The position numbers and the translations under genes were made by a program. The notes beneath the pieces are model-generated. The model did no database searches, had not been told where the DNA came from, and saw only the letters and a program-made list of their open reading frames with translations. Of a DNA stretch of 64,000 nucleotides, positions 1 through 8,835 are shown one piece after another (position 1 is the first letter of the stretch; every line of letters begins with the position of its first letter). This DNA comes from an uncultured Gemmatimonadales bacterium (lineage in GTDB: Bacteria > Gemmatimonadota > Gemmatimonadetes > Longimicrobiales > Gaopeijiaceae): contig CAWGKG010000005.1 of the NCBI GenBank assembly GCA_963823035.1, positions 1 to 64,000 on the forward strand. The letters are read 5' to 3'.

Positions 1-1
1 C

Positions 2-187
2 CCCACGATCCTCCCTCTCCCCGCCCTCGCCATGAAGGCCGCCTTCGGGCAGCTCGGGGAGGAGACGCTGCTCTGGGGCCAGCGTGTCATCCCGGCCCGC
101 CTGGAGCGCGCCGGGTTCCGCTGGTTCTACGAGGGCGTAGAGGATTCACTGCGGTTCCAGTTGGGTAGGCCGGAAGCCGAGGACTAG
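2..187 (+). CDS. C-terminal fragment of TIGR01777/YfcH-like NAD-dependent epimerase (runs off window)
   Basis: Frame 2 reads PTILPLPALAMKAAFGQLGEETLLWGQRVIPARLERAGFRWFYEGVEDSLRFQL*, matching the DUF1731-type C-terminus. Not in the ORF track. Confidence 0.75.
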   Translation, partial: PTILPLPALAMKAAFGQLGEETLLWGQRVIPARLERAGFRWFYEGVEDSLRFQLGRPEAED

Positions 188-1763
188 CCCTCCGCTCCTT
201 CGAAGGCCGCGAGCGCCTCGGGGAGGTCGACGCGACCGGTCTCGGCCGGGTCCCACTGGGGGGCCAGGCCCACGTCCTCCGCGATGCTCGCGTAGGTGGC
301 CTCCGCGCCGAGGAGCACCCCCGGGACGCCCGCGCCCGGGTGGGTGCCGCCGCCCACCAGGTAGAGCCCGTCCACGTCCTCGCTCCGGTTGTGCGGGCGG
401 AACCAAGCCGTCTGCGTGAGGCGTGGCTCGATCGCGAAGGCATTGCCGTAGGTGGCATTCAACTCCTGCGCGAAGTCGTTGGGTGTAAAGATATGCAGTA
501 CTTCGATTTCCTTGCGTAGGTCCTCCAGGCCCCACGCCTCGAGGAACGCGAGGATGCGCTCCGCGAGCAGCCCCTTCTCGGCCTCCCAGTCGATGCCGGA
601 GCGCTGGTTGGCCACCGGCACGAGCACGTACATGCTCTCCCCCCGGGCGGCGCCATGCCCGGGTCGGTGCGCGTCGGCGCGTGCAGGTACATCGAGAAGT
701 CGTCGGGGAGGATCTTCCTTTCGAAGATGTCCCTCAGGAGCTCCCGGTACCGCTCGCTGAGCACGAGGGTATGGTGGGCGAGTTGCGGGTACTGCCGTCG
801 CGTACCGATGTAGAGGAGGAAGCAGCTCATGCTCCACCGCGTCCGGCGGATGCGCCGGTCGGTCCACCGACGGCGGTGCCGGGCGTCCACCAGAGCGCCG
901 TAGGTGTGCCCCGGATCGGCGTTGCTCACCACGAGATCCGCCGCGTAGCGGCCCCGGTCGGTCCGCACCCCCACCGCGCGGCCGTCGCGGACCTCGATCT
1001 CCCGCACCTCCTCGCCCGTTCGGATCGTGCCGCCCAGCTCCGTGAAGAGCCTCCCGAGCGCCTCGACCACCGCGTACATCCCGCCGCGCGCGAACCAGAC
1101 GCCCCCCTCGCGCTCGAGGTAGGGGATCATCAGGTAGATGGAGGGCGTGTGGAAGGGATCGCCTCCCACGAAGAGCGGATGGAAGGAGAACAGGAAGCGG
1201 TGCCGGAAATCGCGGAACCAGCGGTTGACGAGCGAGGTGACGGAGCGATGTCCGCCGAGACGGAGGAGGCGGGGGAGGAAGCGCAGCATCGTCCCCAGGG
1301 AGTCGAACGGCCGGGAGCCGAGGCGGTCCCCGATCACCGCGTCGTAGAGCGGGCGGACGCGCGCGAGGAAACCGTCGAAGTTGGCCGCGTCGCGTGCGTC
1401 GAAGCGCTCCATCTGCGCCTTCATGCGCTCGGGATCCCCGACGTAGTCGATGTGCGTGCCGTCGTGGAAGTGCACGCGGTAGTAGGGGTCGAGCGGCATC
1501 AGGTCGACATAGTCGGTCAGCTTGCGTCCTCCCGCGCGGAAGACGTCGTCGAGGATGCGCGGCGCCGTGATGAGGCTGGGGCCCATGTCGAACACCCAGC
1601 CGCGGTCCTCGAGCTGGTAGGCGCGCCCCCCGATCCGCTCCCGCTTCTCCAGGAGTGTGACCCGTACGCCCGCGGCCTGAAGACGACAAGCGAGGGCGAG
1701 GCCCCCGAAGCCGCTTCCCACGACGACCGCTTTCCGTGACGGGCCAGCCACCCGTGAAGACAT
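184..1763 (-). CDS. crtI: Phytoene desaturase (CrtI family), one frameshift near 640
   Basis: VVVGSGFGGLA FAD motif, FDMGPSLIT, GGMYAVVEAL. C-terminal GLYLVGGGTHPGAGVPGV is in the second frame. Adding one base to the 6-C run at 639-644 restores MAPPGGESMYVLVPV. Confidence 0.93.
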
Positions 1764-1772
1764 CGCGCCCCC

Positions 1773-3686
1773 TCAGATCCGAGCGCGGGCGAGCCCGCGC
1801 GAAGCCAGCGCGAGCTTGGTGGGCAGCGAGGTGTGCGCCCGCCGTCCCAGGTTGTCGTACCCGCCGCGTCGTACCTCCCGCTGGATCCCGTGGTACGTCT
1901 CGGCCGCGACCGCCACGGGCCGCCGGAACCAGGCGGGGAGGCGGCGGATACCGGGCCAGGCGCGCGCGTACCAGGTGTCGGCGCGCACCATCACCGCGTC
2001 GAGCACGCGACGGTACGATTCGGAGATCGGCGAGGACCCCGCTCGCATGGCCTCTAGGGCGTCGTGGTCGAGTCCGTGCGCGGCGAGCAGCTCGAGGGGG
2101 AGGTAGAGGCGGCCGCGCTCGAGGTCCTCACCGACGTCCCGAACGATGTTCGTGAGCTGCATCGCGTGGCCCAGGGCGTGGGCGCACTCGAGGAGCTCCG
2201 GATCATCGAGGCCGAAGAGGTGCGTCATCCATCCGCCCACCGCCCCCGCGACGCCGAAGGTGTAGGTCTCCAGCCGCTCCCAGTCGGGGTAGGGCGTGGG
2301 GGCGAGGTCCAGCGCGACGCCCGCCAGCAGCGCGTCCGGATAGCGCCACGACACGCCCCGGCGCCCGGCTTCGCCCACGACCTCGTCGAGAAGCGGTACG
2401 CCCGTAGCGGACCCCTCGAAAGCGGCCCGCGTCAGCGCCGCCCATGCGTCGAGGCGCGCCCGGAGCCGGCGCTCGTCCAGCGTCGGGCTCGCCTCGTCCA
2501 CCAGGTCGTCTGTGAACCGGCAGTACGCGTACAGGCCGCGGACCAGGCTCGCCTCCACCCGCGGAAAGAGCCGCGCGGCGAAGTGGAACGTCCGGGCATG
2601 CCGGCCGAAGAGGGTCGCCCAGCGGTCGGGGCCTCCGACCGCCCGGGCCATGTCGGCGACCTCCCACTCGGCCACGTTCCCGAGGCTCGACGCCGAGGGT
2701 GTTGCCGCGTCGCCCCTCGACCGGGCGAGCGCATCCTCGCGGGCGGCCACGCCGCGCTCGGCCGCGTGGACCCAAGCGCCGACCACGCTCGCCACCACGG
2801 TGTCCCCCGGCGCATGGGCCGTGGTCCACCGCGCCAGCGCCTCCGCCTCGGCATGGACCCGGGCCAGGCACCGGCGCGCCGCGGAGGCGCCGCCGCCCCG
2901 CCCCAGGAAGACGGCATCGAGGAGGGATGCCTGGTCGAGGGAGAAGTCCTCGAGGCCCGCCTCGTCGAGGACCCACGTCCACTTCCGCTGCCGATAGTCC
3001 TGGAGCGGAGGCTTGCCCGTGACCGCGGCCGGACAGAGGTCGAGGAGGTCGTCCACCCGCTGGTAGAGCGCGCCCAGCGTGCGTCCGAACGCGACGAGCG
3101 CGTCCATCTCGTGCCCGGTCGAGAACGCGCACGCGAGCGCCGCCGCCGCGCCGAACAGTTCCCCGGACTTCCCGGTGACGATGTCGACATAGCGCTCCGC
3201 GCTCAGGCGCCGACCCCGGTGGGCGCCCTGGTCGATCTCACCGGCCACCGTCCGCTCGACCGCCCGGATGAAGACGTGCAGGAAGGCCGGCGACCCGGTG
3301 GCGGCGGCCGCGCGGTAGGCACCCGTGAGGTAGTGGTCCCCGAGCGCCAGCGCCGCGCCGACGCCCTCGCTGGCGGCGACGGTCGCCTCACCGCGTCGCA
3401 GCGCGGCGCCGTCCAGCACGTCGTCGTGCAGAAGGGACGCCTCGTGCACCATCTGCACCGCGAGGGCACCCAGCCAGAAGCGCTCGTCGAGCCGATCGCG
3501 GGCCTCCGGCCCGACCAGCGCCCACGCCACGAGCGGCCGAAGCAGCTTGCCCGCCGGCTCGGGCACGGCCATTCCGTCGGCACGCAGCCTCCGCGCCGCA
3601 CCCGCCAGGCCGGCGCGCACCCACCCCTCCGGATCCAGGCCCGGGGGGTGGACCCGTGGCGCCACCGAAGGGCCCGGAACCGTCAC
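1773..3686 (-). CDS. crtB: Fused polyprenyl (GGPP) synthase + phytoene synthase (CrtE-CrtB)
   Basis: N-half: GKLLRP, LLHDDVLDGAALRRG, YQRVDDLLD. C-half: YAYCRFTDDLVD, VAGAVG, AMQLTNIVRDVGEDLERGRLYLP. One open frame; GTG start overlaps the upstream TGA. Confidence 0.88.
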   Translation of the reverse strand: MTVPGPSVAPRVHPPGLDPEGWVRAGLAGAARRLRADGMAVPEPAGKLLRPLVAWALVGPEARDRLDERFWLGALAVQMVHEASLLHDDVLDGAALRRGEATVAASEGVGAALALGDHYLTGAYRAAAATGSPAFLHVFIRAVERTVAGEIDQGAHRGRRLSAERYVDIVTGKSGELFGAAAALACAFSTGHEMDALVAFGRTLGALYQRVDDLLDLCPAAVTGKPPLQDYRQRKWTWVLDEAGLEDFSLDQASLLDAVFLGRGGGASAARRCLARVHAEAEALARWTTAHAPGDTVVASVVGAWVHAAERGVAAREDALARSRGDAATPSASSLGNVAEWEVADMARAVGGPDRWATLFGRHARTFHFAARLFPRVEASLVRGLYAYCRFTDDLVDEASPTLDERRLRARLDAWAALTRAAFEGSATGVPLLDEVVGEAGRRGVSWRYPDALLAGVALDLAPTPYPDWERLETYTFGVAGAVGGWMTHLFGLDDPELLECAHALGHAMQLTNIVRDVGEDLERGRLYLPLELLAAHGLDHDALEAMRAGSSPISESYRRVLDAVMVRADTWYARAWPGIRRLPAWFRRPVAVAAETYHGIQREVRRGGYDNLGRRAHTSLPTKLALASRGLARARI

Positions 3687-4609
3687 GGGGTCCTCCCGGC
3701 CAGAGCCGAGGGTTCCGACGGGACCGCCCCCCGGACCGCGGGCCCGGCCGCACGGCCACGTTCGTCGGGGCGGGTGCTCGCCGTAGGCGCCGCAGCCGAG
3801 CCCACTCGAGCGCACAGGAACGTCGCGAGCCCACAGGCCACCAGCCCACCCAGGGTGGCGAGGACCGCGCCGGTCAAACCGGCTGCGGCGATCATCCCCA
3901 ACGGCATGAAGAGGACCACGAGATAGTACGCGGCCAGCCAGCGCACCGGAAGACGATCCAGTCCCAGGCGCCCGCCCGAGGCGTCGAGGACCCCGACGAG
4001 GAGGAGACCGGCAGCGTACCACCCGAGCAGGTTTACCCAGGGCATTCCATAGTAAGCACCTGGGTGCTCCCACCTCCAGTACGGTGTCAGGTAGCTCATC
4101 GCCGGGTCGAGCGCGAGGTCCCACGCCACGAGCCAGGCGGCGCCGACCGCGATCCGCAGCGCGCGGTTCGGGATCCAGGCGCGGGCCACCACCCAGGAGG
4201 GCAGGGCCATCAGGAACCAGCTCACGGGGATGAGGAGCGGCACGCGACCGCCCACCTTCGGACCCAGCAGCGCCGAGTAGCCGTAGCCACCGAACGGGAC
4301 GCCGGTACCCGTCCCCACGTGTTCGAGGAGGAAGGCCAGCCCGGACACGGCCAGGAGGGCGGGGACCCACCGGGCCCGCAGCCTCCCGACGAGGAGGATC
4401 CCCAGCGTGGCCAGAGCCAGGACGATGTGGAGCCGGGCGAAGAGACCGAACGACACCCCATAGATGCGCGTCGCGAGGGGTGTGACCGGCAGCCGCTCCG
4501 GGTGGATCACGAAGTTCCAGTAGCCCCCCACCGCGACCGCCGTGAACGCGGCCAACGCCCACAGGACGCCACGTTCGAGGGCGCGCTTGGCAACCGTGGG
4601 GCGGCTCAC
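3683..4609 (-). CDS. cruF: Carotenoid biosynthesis membrane protein (CruF/DUF422, 1,2-hydratase-like)
   Basis: EHVGTGTGVPFGGYGY, GPKVGGRVPLLIPVSW, WDLALDPAM, YYGMPWVNLLGWY; hydrophobic; GTG overlaps the upstream TGA. Confidence 0.8.
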   Translation of the reverse strand: MSRPTVAKRALERGVLWALAAFTAVAVGGYWNFVIHPERLPVTPLATRIYGVSFGLFARLHIVLALATLGILLVGRLRARWVPALLAVSGLAFLLEHVGTGTGVPFGGYGYSALLGPKVGGRVPLLIPVSWFLMALPSWVVARAWIPNRALRIAVGAAWLVAWDLALDPAMSYLTPYWRWEHPGAYYGMPWVNLLGWYAAGLLLVGVLDASGGRLGLDRLPVRWLAAYYLVVLFMPLGMIAAAGLTGAVLATLGGLVACGLATFLCARVGSAAAPTASTRPDERGRAAGPAVRGAVPSEPSALAGRTP

Positions 4610-5544
4610 GCGCTCCTCGCGGGCTCGGGGACGAAGTCGCCGGCCAAGGCGGCCTCCAAGGCATGGCATCCGCTGAACGTCCCCACGGATGCGAAGGCCC
4701 CCGCCAGGAGCGCCACGTCCACGTCGTGGTGGAAGCTCCCCCCGAGCGCGAGCGCATACGGGCGGGACGCATCGTACGTCTCGCCGAGAACGCGAACGAC
4801 CCGTGCGGCGTCCCCGGCGGCCGCGGGCGGCGGAAGGGACACGCACACGAGCGTGGCCTCACGGCTCCGCTGCAGGGCGCCGAAGTCTTCGATCGGCACG
4901 TCGGGGCCGAGGTAGCACACGTCCCATCCGAGGCGCTCCAGGAGGACGCGCACCGTCAGGGCACCCAGGTGGTGCTGGTTGCCCTCGAGGGTGCCTACGA
5001 TGGCGACCGGCGCGGAGGGGGCTGCCGGGTCCGGGGTGCGGGGGGCCAGGACGCGCACGAGAACCTCGCTCATCGTCTGCGTCACGAGGTGCTCCTCGCC
5101 GACGCGCAGCCGCCCCTCGGCCCATGCGGTGCCGACACGCTCCATCATGGGGCGCACGCCGTCGTCGATGAAACGGCAGAAGGCGACGGACGGCTCGCGG
5201 GCCAGGGCGTCGAAGAGGAGGCCGACGCGGCGGATCCGACCCCGGAAGACCCACCCCATGGCCAGCTGGAGGAGCCGCTCGAACGCCCCGTCCTGCCGAA
5301 CCGCCTGGAGCGCCGTCCAAACGTGTGCCTCGTAGGGATGGAAGGGCGACAGGACCGTCCCGACGCCGCGGGTACGCGCCAGGGCGAGCGCGTCCTCGAG
5401 ACGGATCCGACGATGCCCGCCCGACGTGGATTCGAAGGGGAGATCCCCCTCGTTGCACCAGCGCTTGACCGTGGAGGCATGGACCTCCAGGAGCTCCGCA
5501 GCCTCGGAACTGGTCAGCAGCAGGTCCTCGTCGAACCGCTCCAT
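4606..5544 (-). CDS. carH: Cobalamin-binding HTH regulator (CarH/LitR-like photoreceptor)
   Basis: N-terminal HTH (LTSSEAAELLEVHASTVKRW..GGHRR), W-x9-EH motif (WAEGRLRVGEEH), GNQHHLG B12 ligand motif, YLGPDVP; first gene of the carotenoid operon. Confidence 0.8.
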   Translation of the reverse strand: MERFDEDLLLTSSEAAELLEVHASTVKRWCNEGDLPFESTSGGHRRIRLEDALALARTRGVGTVLSPFHPYEAHVWTALQAVRQDGAFERLLQLAMGWVFRGRIRRVGLLFDALAREPSVAFCRFIDDGVRPMMERVGTAWAEGRLRVGEEHLVTQTMSEVLVRVLAPRTPDPAAPSAPVAIVGTLEGNQHHLGALTVRVLLERLGWDVCYLGPDVPIEDFGALQRSREATLVCVSLPPPAAAGDAARVVRVLGETYDASRPYALALGGSFHHDVDVALLAGAFASVGTFSGCHALEAALAGDFVPEPARSA

Positions 5545-5614
5545 CTACGCCCCCTGGACGCTTGGTGGTGGGCCGGCGACCGAAGGTCGTCTGCCCGGGT
5601 CGCTCTATGGGGAC

Positions 5615-5643
5615 ATTATGAGCGGTTCAAGACCCTATGTCAA
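5615..5643 (-). promoter_or_regulatory. Sigma70-type promoter of the carH-crt operon
   Basis: Minus strand TTGACA (5643-5638), 17-nt spacer, CATAAT (5620-5615), in an AT-enriched intergenic patch. Confidence 0.75.
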
Positions 5644-5691
5644 GGGCATAGAGAACGTATAATCGCTCAACAAGGACTCAATGAACGCTTT

Positions 5692-6342
5692 CTACTCCGA
5701 GACGATCGAACCCTCGTCGTCGAGAGGGGGATAGTCACGCCCCTCGAGGCGGAGGCGCTCGGCAAGGAGGGGGTGGACCCATTCGAAGAGGGTCCGTCGG
5801 TAGGCTTCGGCGTCGAGGCGCGGACCGTCGTACATCCCCGCGGCTTCCCGCTGGCGCATGGCCTCGTAGAGGAGGAGGGCGGTGGCCACGGACACGTTCA
5901 GGGAGTGCACCATGCCCATCATCGGGATGGAGACGTGCTCATCGGCGAGGGCGAGAGCCGGGGGCGAGACCCCGTACAGCTCGGCCCCCATCATGATGGC
6001 GATGGGGCGGGTGTAGTCCACGTCACGGTAGCCGCGCGACCCCTCGCCCGGGTGGGCGGCGACGACACGGAAGCCCAGCCCCCGCAGGTGCGCGACCGCC
6101 GAACCCACGTCCGCGTGCTGGTGCACGCGGATCCACTTCCGCGTCCCGGCGGAAGTCGCGTGGTGAAGCTCCAGACCCCGCCCGGGGGGAACCACGTGGG
6201 CCTCGAGCACGCCCACGGCATCGCAGTTCCGCAGGATCGCGGAGAAGTTGTGCGCCTTGTTGACCTTCTCCATGAGGACGGTGAGGTCGGGCTGCCTGCG
6301 GGCGAGGACGGCGCACAACCTGCGGAATCGCTCGGGACGCAT
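5692..6342 (-). CDS. trmH: tRNA (Gm18) 2'-O-methyltransferase
   Basis: RRQPDLTVLMEKVNKAHNFSAILRNCDAVG, MGAELYGVS, IPMMGMVHSLNVSVA SpoU motifs. Confidence 0.92.
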   Translation of the reverse strand: MRPERFRRLCAVLARRQPDLTVLMEKVNKAHNFSAILRNCDAVGVLEAHVVPPGRGLELHHATSAGTRKWIRVHQHADVGSAVAHLRGLGFRVVAAHPGEGSRGYRDVDYTRPIAIMMGAELYGVSPPALALADEHVSIPMMGMVHSLNVSVATALLLYEAMRQREAAGMYDGPRLDAEAYRRTLFEWVHPLLAERLRLEGRDYPPLDDEGSIVSE

Positions 6343-6488
6343 GGGATCGGGGTGCGGGGTCGAAGGTCCGTGGCCGTGGGGAGTATACCGCATCGACCGC
6401 TACAGCGCGGGGAGACGGTGCCTTGCGGTGGGTATGGATCGTGCGGTAGGCTCGACGGGCCCCCTCCGTGCGTTTGCGGAGATGCCCC

Positions 6489-6851
6489 ATGATCGAGCCC
6501 ATCGAGAACCTCCCCTTGGACGTGCTCGGATTTCGCGCGAGCGGACGGGTGACCAGCGCGGACTACGAGTCCGTGATCGTTCCCGCGGTGAACGAGGCGC
6601 TGGAGGCCCGCCGGAGCATACGCCTCCTCTACCAGCTGGCCCCGGACTTCGAGGGCTTCGACCCCCACGCGCTGTGGGAGGACTCCAAGGTCGGCCTGCG
6701 CCATCCGATGGCCTGGGAGCGCATCGCGTTCGTGACCGATCTCGGATGGCTGCGTCGAGCCACCCGCGCGCTGGGCTTCACCATGCCGGCCGAGGTCCGG
6801 GTCTTCAAGAACCAGGCGTTCGACGAGGCACGAGCCTGGATCAGCGCATGA
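6489..6851 (+). CDS. STAS/SEC14 (SpoIIAA-like) domain protein
   Basis: VLGFRASGRVTSADYE..ALWEDSKVG..WERIAFVTD..EARAWI pattern. Confidence 0.8.
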   Translation: MIEPIENLPLDVLGFRASGRVTSADYESVIVPAVNEALEARRSIRLLYQLAPDFEGFDPHALWEDSKVGLRHPMAWERIAFVTDLGWLRRATRALGFTMPAEVRVFKNQAFDEARAWISA

Positions 6852-6884
6852 GCGCGGCGGTCGGGGACGCTCGTCGACGCTTCG

Positions 6885-7715
6885 TCACCCCTTCAGGCTG
6901 AGCGCCCCCTCGAGCGCGTCCCAGCGACCGCGCGCGACCCGCAGGCGGACGCTGTTGTCCAGGAGCACGTGTCCGCCTCCGTCGGGATCGCGGACCAGTT
7001 CCCGCACGCGGTCCAGGTTCACCAGAACCGACCGGTGGATCCGCAGGAATCGGCCGTGCCCCAGGGCGGCCTCCAGCGCGTGCATGCGCGCTGCGAGCAG
7101 ATGCACCTTGCCACCGGCGTGGAGGCGGACGTAGTCGCCGTCCGCCTCGGCCCACTCCACCTCCTCCACCGGCACCAGGACGGTCCGCGCGCCGACGCGG
7201 ACGCCCAGACGGCGGGGCGGGCGCGGCGCCTCCTCGTCCCGATCGGAGGTGAGCTGGCCCGCGGCCCCGCCGGCCGTTCGCCGTCCCTCGAGCAGGGTCG
7301 CGAGCGTACGCCGCGCCGCGAGGGCGTCCTCCGCCTCGAGCCTACGCAGCGCGCGCGCCACCGCGGCCTCGAAGCGCGGCCGGCCGAACGGCTTCAGCAC
7401 GTAGTCGAGGGCGTGCACCTCGAAGGCACGCAGGGCGTGCTCGTCGTGCGCCGTGACGAAGACCACGCCCGGCGGCACTGCGTCGCCGAGCGCCTCCAGG
7501 ACGCCGAAACCGTCCCGGTCCGGCATCTGGACGTCGAGGAAGAGGAGGTCGGGCGCCGTGCGGCGCACCACCTCCACCGCGGCGTCCCCGTCGCCCGCCT
7601 CGCCCACGATCTCCACCCTGGGCTCGTCGGCCAGGAAGGTGGACACGGCCTCTCGCGCGGCGGGCTCGTCGTCCACGATCACGGCCCGGAACGGACGGCG
7701 CGCCCGCTCAGCCAT
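6885..7715 (-). CDS. LytTR-family response regulator
   Basis: VDDEP, FLDVQMP, ALDYVLKP receiver; FLRIHRSVLVN LytTR domain. Confidence 0.92.
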   Translation of the reverse strand: MAERARRPFRAVIVDDEPAAREAVSTFLADEPRVEIVGEAGDGDAAVEVVRRTAPDLLFLDVQMPDRDGFGVLEALGDAVPPGVVFVTAHDEHALRAFEVHALDYVLKPFGRPRFEAAVARALRRLEAEDALAARRTLATLLEGRRTAGGAAGQLTSDRDEEAPRPPRRLGVRVGARTVLVPVEEVEWAEADGDYVRLHAGGKVHLLAARMHALEAALGHGRFLRIHRSVLVNLDRVRELVRDPDGGGHVLLDNSVRLRVARGRWDALEGALSLKG

Positions 7716-8790
7716 CGGCGGCCACCCGCGCCGGGATCACCAGGTGCACCCGCGTGCCTCCCCCCTCCGGCCGGTCGTGCGTCATGCTCTGGGCCGATCC
7801 GTACAGCTGCGCCAGGCGCGCGCGCGTGTTGGGAAGCCCGACGCCGGTACCCGACCTCGTCGACGGAGCGTCGATCCCCGGGCCGTCGTCCACGACGGTG
7901 AGATGGAGCCTGCCGTCTTCTCTCCACGCCCGCACGTCGATGCGGCCCGCGGCGGAGCGGGCGGAGATCCCGTGGCGGACGGCGTTCTCCACGAGGGGCT
8001 GAAGCACGAGCGGTGGCACGAGGCAGTCGGCCGTGCCCACCTCCGCGTCCACGGTGACGCGCAGGCGATCACGGAACCGCCCCTCCTCGATGCTCAGGTA
8101 GTCACGCACCATGGTCAGCTCCTCCTCCAGCGGAACCTCGAGGCTCCGTGTGCTCGCCTGGACGCGTTGGAAGAGCGCCCCGAGCCGGTCGAGCATGGCG
8201 TCGGCCTCGTCGGCGCGTCCGCTCCGCCAGAGCTGGCCGAGCGTATGCAGCGTGTTGAAGAGGAAGTGCGGCCGGAGCTGCGCCGTAAGCGCCTCCAACC
8301 GAGCCCGGGCCAGTTGCCCCTCCTGGCGCGCCAGGTCCAGCTCGCGGGCGCGTAGCGCCTGCCGCATGCGCACCATCTGTGTGATGCCCGCGAGCGCCGC
8401 GTAGACGAGCACGATGACGTGGATGCGCATCGTGGCCCAGTAGACGCCCTGGCCGAGGAGACGCCCCACGCCCTGGAAGGTGCCGGCCCGGAGCCAGAAG
8501 CCCAGCACCACCATCACGTTCACGCCCCACGCCACGAGAGGGAGCGCCAGGACGTGCACGGGAAGGCTCCGCTTCCACGCGGCCCGGTCCAGCGGGAAGC
8601 GCACCGTGAGGCCCACGATGGCCAGCGTGCACGGGATCCAGGGAATGACCTGGATCAGGGCGTTCACCACGGCCGGGCCGAGGGCGGCCTCCTGGCCCTG
8701 GAGGGTCGCGGCGAGCGCGGTCTGGGCGCCCCAGACGACGCCCACGGTCAACCAGCCCAGGACCACCAGCAGCACCACCCGCCAGGTCAT
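7708..8790 (-). CDS. LytS/YehU-type sensor histidine kinase
   Basis: N-terminal TM helices, QLRPHFLFNTL, LQPLVENAVRHG, DDGPG, GVGLPN. Confidence 0.92.
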   Translation of the reverse strand: MTWRVVLLVVLGWLTVGVVWGAQTALAATLQGQEAALGPAVVNALIQVIPWIPCTLAIVGLTVRFPLDRAAWKRSLPVHVLALPLVAWGVNVMVVLGFWLRAGTFQGVGRLLGQGVYWATMRIHVIVLVYAALAGITQMVRMRQALRARELDLARQEGQLARARLEALTAQLRPHFLFNTLHTLGQLWRSGRADEADAMLDRLGALFQRVQASTRSLEVPLEEELTMVRDYLSIEEGRFRDRLRVTVDAEVGTADCLVPPLVLQPLVENAVRHGISARSAAGRIDVRAWREDGRLHLTVVDDGPGIDAPSTRSGTGVGLPNTRARLAQLYGSAQSMTHDRPEGGGTRVHLVIPARVAADG

Positions 8791-8835
8791 GATCCCCCCG
8801 TCCGGTAGGGCCTCGTCGGCGTCGGGCGGCGCCGG

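Noticed and set aside
1773..4862. 1029-aa ORF as a triple carotenoid fusion
   Set aside because: The first ~390 aa are an Arg/Pro-rich off-frame shadow of cruF; the real start is GTG 3686.
5658..5663. Plus-strand TATAAT as an antisense promoter into trmH
   Set aside because: No matching -35 at 16-18 bp; more likely part of the AT-rich operator region.
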